From NCBI RefSeq assembly GCF_009914755.1, contig NC_060933.1: a DNA stretch of 64,000 nucleotides; one strand, 5' to 3'. Below the pieces are notes generated by a model, which saw nothing but the letters and a program-made list of their open reading frames with translations, made no database searches and was not told where the DNA came from. This stretch comes from the human T2T-CHM13v2.0 reference genome, Homo sapiens. Shown here piece after piece: positions 13,336 to 27,128 of this stretch. How positions within the stretch are numbered: position 1 is the first letter of the stretch; every line of letters starts with the position of its first letter. Position numbers and translations under genes: made by a program.

Positions 13336-15326
13336 TTATATAATTGGAAGTAAAACACTTCTCAGCAAATGCAAAATAACTGAAATCATAACAAACAGTA
13401 TCTCAGACAACAGAACAATTAGATTAGAAATCAAAATTAAGAAACTCACTCAAAACCACACAACTACATGGAAATTGAACAATTTGCTCCTGAACGACTC
13501 CTGAGTAAATAATGGAATGAAGGCAGAAATCAAGATGTTCCTTGAAACTAATGAGAATAAAGAGACCATGTACCAGAATCTCTGGGACATACTTGAAGGA
13601 ACTCTTCAAGGAGAACTACAAACCACTGCTCAGTGAAATCAGAGAGGACACAAACATATGTGAAAACATTCCATGCTCATGGATAGGAAAAATCAATATT
13701 GTGAAAACGGCCATACTGCCCAAAATAATTTATAGATTCAATGCTATTTCCATTAAACCACCATTGACATTCTTCACAGAATTAGAAAAAAAACATTTTT
13801 AAATTCATATGGAACCAAAAAAGAGTCCTTATAACTGAGAAAATCCAAAGCAAATAGAACAAAACAGGAGGTGTCACACTACCTGACTTCAAACCATACT
13901 ACAAGGCTATAGTAATCAAAACAGCATAGTACTGGTGCAAAAACAGGCAGACAGACCAGTGGAACAGAATAGGGAACACAGAAATAAGATCACAGACCTA
14001 CAGTCATCTGATCTTTGACAAACTTGACAAAAACAAGCAATGGGGAAAGGATTCGCTATTTAATAAATGATGCTAAGAAAACTGGCTAGCCTATGCAGAA
14101 AATTGAAATGGGACCCCGTCTATACACCTTATACAAAAATTAACTTAGGATGGATTAAATGCTTATATATAAAAGCCAAAACTATAAAAACCATAGAAGA
14201 AAATCTAGGCAATACCATTTAGGACATAGGCATGGGCAAAGATTTCAAGACGAAAACATCAAAAGCAATTGCAACAAAAACAAAAATTGACAAATGGGAA
14301 CTAATTAAACTAAAGAGCTTCTGTACAGCAAAAGAAACTCTCATCAGAGTGAACAGACAACCTACAGAATGGGAGAAAATTTTTGCAATCTATCCATTTG
14401 ACAAAGATCTAATATCCAGAATCTACAAAGAACTTAAACAAATTTACGAGAAAAAAACATACAACCCCATTAAAAAGTGGGTGAAGGACATGAACAGACA
14501 CTTCTCAAAGAAGAGATTCACGTGGCCAACAACCATATGAAAAAACACTCAACATCACTGATGATTAGAGAAATGCAAATCAAAACCACAATGAGATACC
14601 ATCTCACACCAGTCAGAATGGTGATTATTAAAAAGTCAGGAAACAACAGATGCTGGTGAGGCTGCAGAGAGATAGGAAGGCTTTTACACAGTTAGTGGGA
14701 ATGTAAATTAATTCAAACATTGTGGAAGACAGTGTGGCAATTCCTTAAAGACCTAGAACCAGAAATACCATTTGACCCAGCAATCCCATTACTGGGTACA
14801 TACCCAAAGGAAAATAAATCATTCTGTTACAAAGATACATGCCCACGTATATTCATTGCAGCACTATTCACAATAGCAGAGACATGGAATCAATCCAAAT
14901 GCCTATCAATGATAGACTGGATAAAGAAAATGTGCTATATGTACACCATAGAATACTACGCAGCAATAAAAAGGAATGAGATCATGTCCTTTGCAGAGAC
15001 ATGGATGGAGCTGAAAGCCATTATCCTCAGCACACTAACACAGGAACAGAAAACCAAACACCATATGTTCTCACTCATAAGTGAGAGCTGAACAGTGAGA
15101 AAACATGGACACAGGGAGGGGAACAACACACACTGGAGCCTGGTCGGGGGTAAGGGAGAAATGAGAACATCAGGAAAAATAGCTAATGATTGCAGGACTT
15201 AATAATTAGGTGATGGATTGATAGGTGCAGCAAACCACCATGGCATGTGTTTACCTATGTAATAAAACTGCACGTGTACCCCAGAACTTAAAATAAAAAA
15301 AGAAGACATAAAAAATTTAAAAAAAT
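13336..15326 (+). mobile_element. 5'-truncated LINE-1 (L1PA10-13-like) with a large internal ORF2 deletion
   Basis: ORF2 peptides (TWKLNNLLLND; KDLEPEIPFDPAIPLLG; EQKTKHHMFSLISES), 3' UTR with ataggtgcagcaaaccaccatggca, A-rich tail. Confidence 0.9.
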
Positions 15327-16244
15327 ACACAATTCAATGGTTTCTAATATATTCACATAGTTATGCATCCAGCATCACGATAGCATTTTGTTTTAGGGGC
15401 TTACAATATACCATTGTGCAGACATTTAATTTGTTTTATTTAATTAGTCTCCCAAGCATATTCAAATTTTTCCGTTTTTAATCTGGAAGAAGCAGTACTT
15501 TCATGATTGTATGTATAGATTTGTGCACATGTGCAAATATTGCTGTCATAGGCATTTCTAAAAGTGGATTTTCTTGATCAAGCTCCAAACACTTTAAAAT
15601 GTGATGGATCTTAACAAATTTCTTCCCAACGTTGTGCCCGGTTTAACTTCCCCATCAGTTTATGCTCATGCTAGTTCACCACACTCACCAATATGAAGAA
15701 GCATGGATTTTACATTTGTCATTCGTGAGGCAACAACTCATTGTTTTCATTTGTATTTTTATTATGTGGGGTTTCGGTATTTTTCAATTTTAACGGACCG
15801 TTTGTATATGTTCTTCTGTGAATTTTTAATTTGTGACTTTTGCTGGTTTCTTTCTTTATTGGATTGCCAATCTATATTCATACTGATTTGTAAAATCTTT
15901 TAATGTGTTAGCAATACTCACCCTCTATCATATACGTTGCAAGCACTTTTTCCACATTTGTCTTTCAAGTCTGTAAATAGTGCTATTCACCACATAAAAT
16001 TTTAAACTGCTGTGTGGCCAATATTTTCCTGTTTTTGGCTCTCGTATCATGTTTATGAAATTTCTCAGTAAGAAGAAAACTTTTGATTTAGTAAACGGGA
16101 AATAATTATTTTTTAAGTAATAAAGTCAGGGTGAAATATTTTTTATTTACTTGATATGACTAGTTGTTTTCTTCTTTTGCCATTAATTGCAGTCTTCAAG
16201 CCAATACTTCTTTAGAAATATGACAGATTTAATACCAACACTAG

Positions 16245-18198
<1,954 letters not shown>

Positions 18199-18959
18199 TA
18201 ATTTTGCGCTTATAAGGTTTTTCCTTTGTAATTCGTCATTTACACACACTATATAAGAGAAAGGCATCATAGAGTTTAGTGGATGGGATCACCGTTTTAG
18301 GTGCAATAAATGAAGACCAATGAGTACATTTATAATGCAGAGAAGTTCAGACTCGAGTATCATGGTTTACAATATTCTAGTAAAATTAGCACAAGATAGC
18401 AAAAGCAATGGACCTCAACTTGTCAGCTGAAATGTTGAACTCAGTAAATCTTGGCCCTGTAGCCCACCTTCTCCCTATAAGTTTACTAGCATTTCTAGAA
18501 GCAGGGAAAGATGGCTAATATCAACTGCATATTCTATTTATGCCTTTGAATTCTACTAAACTCCTGGATACTATCATATGCCAGTCACTGTGCAGTAGAT
18601 GGGGTGGATAAAAGGATTTGATAAATATGGTACTTGCTTCACAAAGTTCACAGTCTAATAAGAGCTCGAAAGAGACACACACAAGAGGCTGCAGAAGGTT
18701 CAAGGAAGGCCTAGTTTGCTGTCATGCATCTGGCAAGTGGTGGAGCTGAATTCTGGCAGGGGCGGCTTCTTTTCCTGAAACAATGGCTCAGGTCTCTCAG
18801 AACCACACTGGTGCTGACTCCATCACCAGCTTTCCTTCTATGGTCATCCTCAGGTCCCCCAACAAAGTCTGAGGGCAACAGCACACTCATCACCCTGTGA
18901 TTAGCACATTGCCTGGTTTCCACTGTCCTCCTTTGAGTCAAACTGGTCTCAGTCATCCT

Positions 18960-19530
18960 GGAAAATATGACCTGGGGGGTTGGTAGTACTCATTTGCTTA
19001 AAATCTTCCAGTGGCTTCTCAAGTACTTAGAATGATTTCCAAATCCCTTTCTAGGCCTTCAGTACCCTGGATGATCTGCTCCTTTTCTTTCTCTCTCAAG
19101 TCATTTGCTACCTCTTTTGCTCTTGCTTTGTAAAGTTCACATGGGCTTCTTTTTATGCTCAAACATGGGCTGCTTTTTATGCTCAAACACAAGATGGTCC
19201 TTGCATTTGTAATTGCTGTTTCTCCCGCAAGGGGTGCTGTTGCCCTAGAGCTAGGAATGGCTGGTTTCTTCTTGTCATTAAAGACTCAGCTATTATGTTA
19301 CCTCCTTAGTGCTCTTCTCTGACCACCTATTCTAATGTAGCCAATCAGGCACTGTTTATATCAACACACTGTTCTGTTTTCTTCATAAGATGTGCATCTA
19401 TTTGACATTACTCTTGTAAAATGTACTCATGGTCTATCTCCCTCTGTTAGAAAGAATACTCTATGAAAATAGAGGCCCTGACCTCTCTTATTTGAACTGT
19501 GTGAGTCACGTAGCAGGCAGCATGTGTTGG
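18960..19530. mobile_element. L2 relic
   Basis: gcttaaaatcttccagtggcttc...tcattaaagactcagct...tctctgaccaccta...tctccctctgttagaa resembles the L2 3' end; boundaries approximate. Confidence 0.55.
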
Positions 19531-22500
19531 CTGGCTGTTTGAATGTTGAACCTTCTCATTTTTGCACCATCAAGGCAGCACTGTCTATTGCCAGAACTCT
19601 GCCTCCTTCGAAGCATGTGCCCATGGAGTCTCAGTGTTTGTAATGTTTTTGAGTTATTGAGCCAGTAATGCTTCTCTCCTCACCAGTGAGGGAATATCCT
19701 TTATAGCTGATCTTCTATCTCTTTTATCTCCTGCCCTCTAGTCTCTGGATGAGTCCAACAGTTAGGACTGTTTTCAAGATTTCAGGCTAGATCTGTCTGG
19801 CTGTCTGACTTTGAGATGGTACCTTTTATAAGGTCGTCTCCATCACCCTCATTGAAAGTGCCTCCTCGGACTGGCCAAAAGCAGTTAGGTAATGCTCTTC
19901 GGTGAACGACAGTGAGGTAATGGCTACAGATACAGGATGCTCTTGTGTTGCTTTCCCATTCTTTGCTATGAGGTATTCAGCTGGCTTGGTTTCATTTCTA
20001 TTTTCCTTACCTGATTCAGCTCCTCTGAGGCAGACATAAAAATTGCCATTTCTTCCTTAGACCATTGCTTGGCTTGTACTTACCTTTTATCCCTTGGCTG
20101 CCTTCTTCTTAAGTGGCAGAAAATCTGAGTGCAAATATGAAGTCAATATTACATGACCTGGATGCATAAAAGCTGTAATTAAATGACTGTAATTTATTAT
20201 TTATTGACTGCTGACAGTGTTCCTGGGTTAGTAGAAAGTACAGGAAAAAAGACAAGTTCCTGTTTTAGGTCACAGAGAAGGAATTTTCTCCCACGTTACC
20301 TTTGGAAGGCTCAAAAAAGCTCTGTCAGAATCAAAACAAGTTTTAAAACATTAATGATGGATGACGAATCTTTGATGTAGATCCCATTGTCATTGACTTA
20401 CCAAATGGATAGCTTACACGGGTGAGGGCCTACTAGGTGCAAGCCATTATGAACAAACTCTGTGCTAGGTGATAAAGGAATACAGGGATGTAGAAGATGT
20501 AGACTTACGTAGAGGTTGCAAATTTGGCCTGCAGGGTAGATTCAGCTAATGGATATTTTTGTTTGGTATGCCCAGTGGTGGTGTTTGTTTTTGTTTCATT
20601 TTTTATGAGCTAATATTTTAAAATGAGAGCTCTTACATAAAAACACATGGATTTATTGTTTTTCTTGAAAGGCTGGCAACATTAAATCTGTATTCCCACT
20701 AGGGAGAAATTGGCTGGAGTTGAGAAACCACTGCCATCTGCAGTTGGGATATTCATTCTCCAGTTCCTCATACTCTTCACCACTCTTTTCTCTTACAAGC
20801 TCCCGATATAAATAGAGAAATCAATTGTATGGCCCTTGAAGAGAAAGTGTGTGTGTGTTTGTGTGTGTGTGTGAGAGAGAGAGAGACAGGCGTGCATCAG
20901 TAGAAATGCAGACACAGAGGAGGAGACATTTGAACTAAGTCTTGAAGAATGATCAGGATTTCAAGAGATGAAAGAAAGAATTCCCGGTGGAGGGACAAGT
21001 GTAAGACAGAGCACCAGAGATAGATAGTGTGGGCAATCCAGGCATAGATTAAAAAAAAAAAAAAAAAAAACTAAAATGAGGCTGTTTTAGAGCAGAAAAG
21101 GCTAATAAGAATGTTTCTCTGCTATTCTCCTAGACCTGCTAATCAATAATATGGTTTCAGAAAGTACCTGTCATGAAGGGAAGGACAACCTGAGATAGGC
21201 AGAGGACATACTTGAGAATTCTGTCAGAAATAAAAGATAAAATCATGGTCCTTTCTACTGTATGCATGCATGTGCATGTATACACACACACAAAGCACAT
21301 GATTTTTTTCTTCTGAATTCCAAAAATAATGCCAGTTTATTGTAGAAAATTTGGAAAATATAACAAAGCTAATATGAAAGTAAAAATCATAGGTAATCTC
21401 TGCCACTAATGAGATTAATTATTTGGATTGTTGAATCAAATAGTGTTAGATAACAAGTGCTACATATTTATATATAGTAACAGATTTTTATAAATATACA
21501 CATATATACTTTTGTATACGTATATATGTGTGTAAACAGGTAGTAGAGTAGACTGGTTACTTGCTTTTATTTGTTTTACCTAACACTGATCATTTCCCAA
21601 TGCTATTAACTGTTGTTTTGTAACATACCTTTTAAATGGTTGTATAATATTCTGTATGCAAATGTAGTATAATTAATCTAATTAGTTTTTAATTTGCTTT
21701 AAGTTGAACTGTCTAATTATTCTTATGATAATAAGTGTTGTGATGACATTTAATTATATCCATGTACATAAGTATCTTCATAGATAAATCATAGTGGATG
21801 TACAAATTATTTTCTTATGATAAATTTCTCTGAGTTGAATTGCTCAGTCACAGTAGAGGGCTTTAAAAAAGTCTATTCACTTTTATTACAACAGCCTCTG
21901 TAGAGACTCTGCAGATTTCAGCATTAGATTCAGAGATCTATAGAATGCTAAAGTTAGGTGGATTTTGACACAACCAGTTGTAATGCATGTATTTAACATA
22001 TGAAAAATTGCATCTGTGAATTGAAATGAGGTTCCTAAGTTTATGTAGCCAGAGAATAATAAGGACAATGAAGTACACTTCTGGACGAAAATGTTATGTT
22101 AAATGTATTGATTTCTGTACTGGCTCTATCTGAGTAAGCTGGGTTAAAAGGGATTGTGAATATTTTTCAAGACACAAATTTATGGTCATAATGTTATCAC
22201 AACAAACCTATGAAGATTAACTAAGGTGGAAAAATTACTGGCTTGGAGCAGATTACCAGACCAATGTAAGTTAATGTAATGTAAGTTAATGTCTCCAAAG
22301 GCTTCTCTGAGCACAGTTCTCAGTGTTTCAGAAGAGTTCATGAGGAGTAGAATAGTTTGTCCCTAGGAAGGATTTTAACTGCTCTAATTTAATACAAAGT
22401 GTGCCCTCTTGTAAACTTTGGGTTTTCTTTGGCAGTTCAATGCAGAATATCTTTATCTTCACTTCAGTTTTCATTGACACCATTCTTACTATTTACCAGC

Positions 22501-22789
22501 AAAGCAAGTAAAGAATATTCAAGAAGAAATAGAATTAGATTCAGGGCATGATGGGGTAAGGGAATGTTCAATAAACTCAGCATGGTGTTCACAGTTGTAT
22601 TTTTAAGGTGATCATTGCTCACTCGTAAGTGAGAGCCGAACAGCGATGGGAGACTTCTTTAAAGTCTGATGAAGGATGCTCAGGATTATCCATAAATAAG
22701 AGGCATATAATTGACTGACTACCTTAGTGGATTCCCAATCATATTATATTGTATTATGTCACATCTCAATGTACTGCTTATTTTGTATC

Positions 22790-22960
22790 AGAAACTCTAC
22801 AAAATACTTTACATGTATTATTCCATGTGATCGTACCAGCAATGCTGTGAGGTGGTATTATTGTTCCTACTTTACAGTAAACTGAGGCTTAGAGGATGTT
22901 AAATAATTGCTCAAAGACACATTAATGGTTAGTGGTAGAGTTAGGCCTGAAACTCGAGTC
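22790..22960 (-). mobile_element. MIR SINE relic
   Basis: ttattgttcctactttacagtaaactgaggcttagaggatgttaaataattgctcaaagacaca. Confidence 0.7.
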
Positions 22961-23436
22961 TCATCACCTTCAAAGCCATCAACCAAATTTCCATCATGTT
23001 GAATTTACACCGTAATGCTTGACTCTAGAAATTTTAAAAATTCTGCCAAAACTTGAATAATTCATACACTAAACCTATGGCTTTTGGAACTCAAAGTGCT
23101 CATAGGCTTAGGCAGGCTACCTGTGGTAGAATGGAGTTAGCAAATGAACTGGGATACAGAATTAGAAGATCAACTGTTCTCTAGCTGGGAACGTGGAGAT
23201 ATTATATATCAGTTCGGGAAGGTAGAATGATAAAGAATCAGGAAGAAATCATCAGCATCCCATAAGGGGTTGAGAACATGGGAACAGGGACAATGCAGAC
23301 TGTATTTTAAGTGTTCCTTGAATATGTGGACAGGATCTGTCTGCAGTTAACAGGATCCTATTCTCAACTAGGGTTGAAGTACAAAGCCTCAAGTGCTCAA
23401 TCATCCTAGCAGACGAGGCTAGAGTTTGTCCTAGAT

Positions 23437-23600
23437 CAGTGCTTCTGGAATTTGAGCATACATCAGAATCCCCTGAGGACCTGTGAAAACAGCATTTCTG
23501 ATTCAGTAGATCTGAGGCCAGGCCCGAGAATGTGCTTTTCTGACAAGTTCCCAGGTGATGCTGCTGACTCTCGTCTGAGGACCACACTCAAAAGCCACTG
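23437..23600. mobile_element. MER5A-like hAT MITE
   Basis: Termini cagtg...cactg; internal catcagaatc, ttctgattcagtag, acaagttcccaggtgatgctg. Confidence 0.8.
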
Positions 23601-24430
23601 CTCTGGAGCCACAGCCCAGACTAGCTTGCAGCTCTAAGCAGAGTGATTCCAGCTGTGAGAAATGGGATTTATGTGCAGAAGGTCAGGCAACTCATTCCAC
23701 AACAGAATTAATTCTCTCTGAGATCCTGAATTGCATTTCATATTATCCACAGGTTGGCAATCTGCCTCAAATAATGAAACTTGCAGAGAGAGAAGAGATC
23801 TTCCCAGGCTTTTTCTTTGTCAAGTGAGCACCATATGTCTTCCCTCTGGGTGGATGACTGACTTAGCACATCACAAGCAAAGGTCCAAAAATTAAACAAC
23901 ATCATTTCCAATCCCTCAACTATGATGGACTTTAGCCCAAATCCACATGGGCTTTTCTGATGCTGGCCCCCAACAGTCTTACCAGGAATGAGCAGTCATT
24001 AGTGAGTTTATTACACTTAGCTCATTCAAATAATTTTATGATCTCAAAGTTCAAGAGAATCTGTTTTTTTTTCTTTTTCCCTAACCGTTTTTTACCTTTG
24101 AGCTTTTTCTATTTTAGAGACAAACAAAATATATTGCAAATTGATTTATATTTATTAAAGTATTGCTTTAAAAATTTAAAATATAATATAACCTAATGTT
24201 TATAAAAGCCTACCTCTAAAACAATGAGCACTGACTTTTATACTACATATGTGTAGTTTTTCTGCCTTCTCTTTTGTTTTAGTTTTAAAGTGAGAGCTTC
24301 TGTGTTTATTGCATAAGTTAAATTCCATTTCTAAGGTGTTTACAGAGAAGCAATTCTTTCATAACTGGTTCTAATTTTCAACCAATAACGTATTTTTAGA
24401 CTAGAAAGGGATCTTAGAAATGAACTAGTT

Positions 24431-24648
24431 CAGAGGTTGGCAAACTTTTGCTGTAAAGGGCTAGATAGTAAGTATTTTAGCTTTTGCAAGCCATGGTGTC
24501 TCTATTATAACTGCTAAATGCTGTTGTTTTAGTACCAGTCATAGATAATATATAAATGAATGAATATAGCTGTATTCCAATAAAATTTATTTGTTAAAAC
24601 AGGTGGCAGTCCAGATTTGGCACATGGGCCATAGTATGCTGACCTTTG
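24431..24648. mobile_element. MER58A-like hAT MITE nested in a MIR
   Basis: cagaggttggcaaactttt.ctgtaaagggc...gggccatagt.tgctgacc; degenerate 8-bp TSD aactagtt/gtctagtt. Confidence 0.8.
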
Positions 24649-25808
24649 GTCTAGTTCATTTTTGATTTATGTGTCAGGAAACTAAGCCTAATGAGATAAG
24701 TGACCTGCCCAGCTTACCTAGCTAAGAAATGGTAGAGTGAAGTCTAAAATGCAGGTTTGAATCCCAGTCAAATGTCTGTTCTACAAATCCACTTGGTCCA
24801 GTATGGCCACCCTGTATCCTTTCTGTGCATCAGGCCAATTTATAGATCAAGGGGGTTGTTCCTCCAGCTGTCCCTGCTGCAAACACAGCAGGAAGCTAGG
24901 GACCCTAGGGTGTCCTTTATGCTTTTCTAGTCAACTAGTTATAAAATGTCTCATCTCTAATGACCCTCAGGAGCTCTATGTGCTTGTGAGAGAGTGAAGA
25001 AAACAGGCATTTAAAACGTTGAGTTTTCTCCACGTTCAGTAGTTTGGTGGGCCACCTCATGATACCATTCTAAGGAGGCGAAGGCTTAAGATTTGATTTT
25101 TAAACAGAGACAGAGAAAGGCTGTTCCAAGGCAACAGATGGGTACGGGCCAACCGAGTAAGCATTTTTCAGATGTGTTCTGTGATCACACAGGGCTCCAG
25201 GGGAAAAGTGCTGAAGATCATCCAGAGCAGGGCACTCCCCCAGAAGGAAAAAGACTCAGAGTTAATGTTCTCCAGATAAGAAGCAGTTCATTTTTCTCCA
25301 TGAAGGACACATTTTTTTTCCATTGATGATTTCAGCACAAAAACTGTCAACCAAACCTTTTTGCCTCTTGTGAACATTGCCCTTCTAGAAAGTCGGCAAA
25401 CTAACGAAACACTTTGTAGCTGTCCTTCAACAGTATCTAGAGTGATACTGCAGTTATCCAGGTCATCTTTGTTCTGTTTAATACACAGGACTCTTTATTA
25501 TTTCATTATGTATCATCCTATCATTTTACCTTGAGGGTTAACCATTCCTGTTATGCCATACTTGCTCTTCTTTCCCTGAATCTGTTACAAGGGAGATTGT
25601 CCCTATGTTTCAGTTGAATAGGAGAGTAATACTGCCTTTTAGGAAAGTGATGAAGTTGAGGCCTGGATTCATGAGACTCTTGAGGCCAAGCATTTGAAAA
25701 TTGAGAATGGTTTTGTTGGAGTTCCAAATCAGGAACCAATTCTATCTTTTTACAAATATATTTTTGAGTTCTTGGGTTTGGGAGGAACAGAGGCTCTCTT
25801 GGATCATC

Positions 25809-25809
<1 letters not shown>

Positions 25810-25865
<56 letters not shown>
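25810..25865. repeat. (TG)n microsatellite, about 27 units
   Basis: Read directly; the source of the VCVCVC/THTHTH pseudo-ORFs. Confidence 0.97.
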
Positions 25866-25866
<1 letters not shown>

Positions 25867-27060
25867 GGGGAGGGAGCTGTTATGGGGATATGTGTGGTCT
25901 GAAGCACACCTGGAGATAATAAGATCTGAGCAGTGCTAGGAACCTGCCAATGTCTTGGTGTCTTTTTCGTGGTCTTCTTGGCCCTCTCATTTCGTATTTA
26001 CTGCATTCTTATTCCCTTATTACCAGTTGGTCAGTCTCCTCTGATTCTCTATCCCAAATTAAATAAGAGCCAGTTTTATTGCCCTTGCTAATTAGCATTT
26101 ACTCCATTGTTAGAATCTCCTGTTAGGATGCCTAATGCATCACCAGGAAGCCTTTAGATGGGCCACCCTATCACAGTTAACCACTTCCATTCTATTGGTT
26201 TTTTGTGGCTCCTCTGTACAAAAAACAGCCTAGTGTTGCTGCCCTGAGCATGAAGGTTAATATCCAAGACATGGAGACTGGACATTGAATTGAGTAACTT
26301 CTTAAGCTTTTTTTATATTTCTTTTGCTGTATTTACTTTATGTTAAAGTTAATTCACATTTTCATTGAAAAAATTTTTAATATGCAAAACTTGAAAAAGA
26401 AAAGGAAAACTATAGTTCATCACCCGCATATAAAGTATGACTATCTTGCTGATTATTTTCCAGTCTTTGTGCATAGTTTCATATAGTTGATTAATGTGTG
26501 GCTTTATATTTTTTGTTTAACATTAGAGCACAGTTTTCCTCATGTACATAAATATTCTTTCAAAATGATTGTAATTCATTGCAATATATCATAGTATAAA
26601 TATACTGTATATACATAACTAATGTTCAACACTTAGATGGTTTCATCATTGCTTGTTAAAGTTTATCATCACATCAGATAATTTTATTAAGACAGATTCT
26701 AGAAGTTTTCTTACAGAATCAAAAAGAATAAGATTTTTAAAGCTTTTAATATGTACTGTCAAATTGTTTTTCTGAAAGGTTGCTACAGTTTTTACTGTCA
26801 CCAGCAGTGTATAAGGGAGCCTGTCTTGCTGTACTTTCATAGCATTGGATGACAGCATTTAAAAATGAGTCTCACTGTGTTTAAAAAAAAAAAGGTGCTT
26901 TCTTTGTTTTATTTATATCTGGTTACTTATCCTAGTGATTATTCTGCTATTGTTGCTGAAGGGAAGTAATTGAAACCCTAGCCATGCCTATGCAGAACAA
27001 TTTGCCTTTCAGTTTTGACCATGTGAGACGCTAATCCAATGAACATTGTGTCTCCTCTAG

Positions 27061-27128
27061 CCTTCATACACCGAATTCGACATCAGTGGCAACGTCCTCG
27101 CTCTGATCTTCAACCAAGGCATGATCTG
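27061..27128 (+). CDS. TMC1: TMC1 coding exon (19), PSYTEFDISGNVLALIFNQGMI(W)
   Basis: Branch-like gctaat at about 27030, acceptor tcctctag|CCT, donor TG|gtaggc, 68 nt. Confidence 0.96.

Noticed and set aside
19139-19188. 24-bp tandem duplication (and a 15-bp one at about 22263-22292)
   Set aside because: Ordinary slippage duplications in intronic or relic-repeat DNA with no evident function
22617-22650. Small hairpin ctcact-cgta-agtgag resembling a 30-bp piece of L1 ORF2 end
   Set aside because: Too short to call as an RNA structure or insertion; no TSD seen
25551-25939. ORFs with THTHTH / VCVCVC runs (also 33423-33617)
   Set aside because: Translations of (TG)n microsatellites
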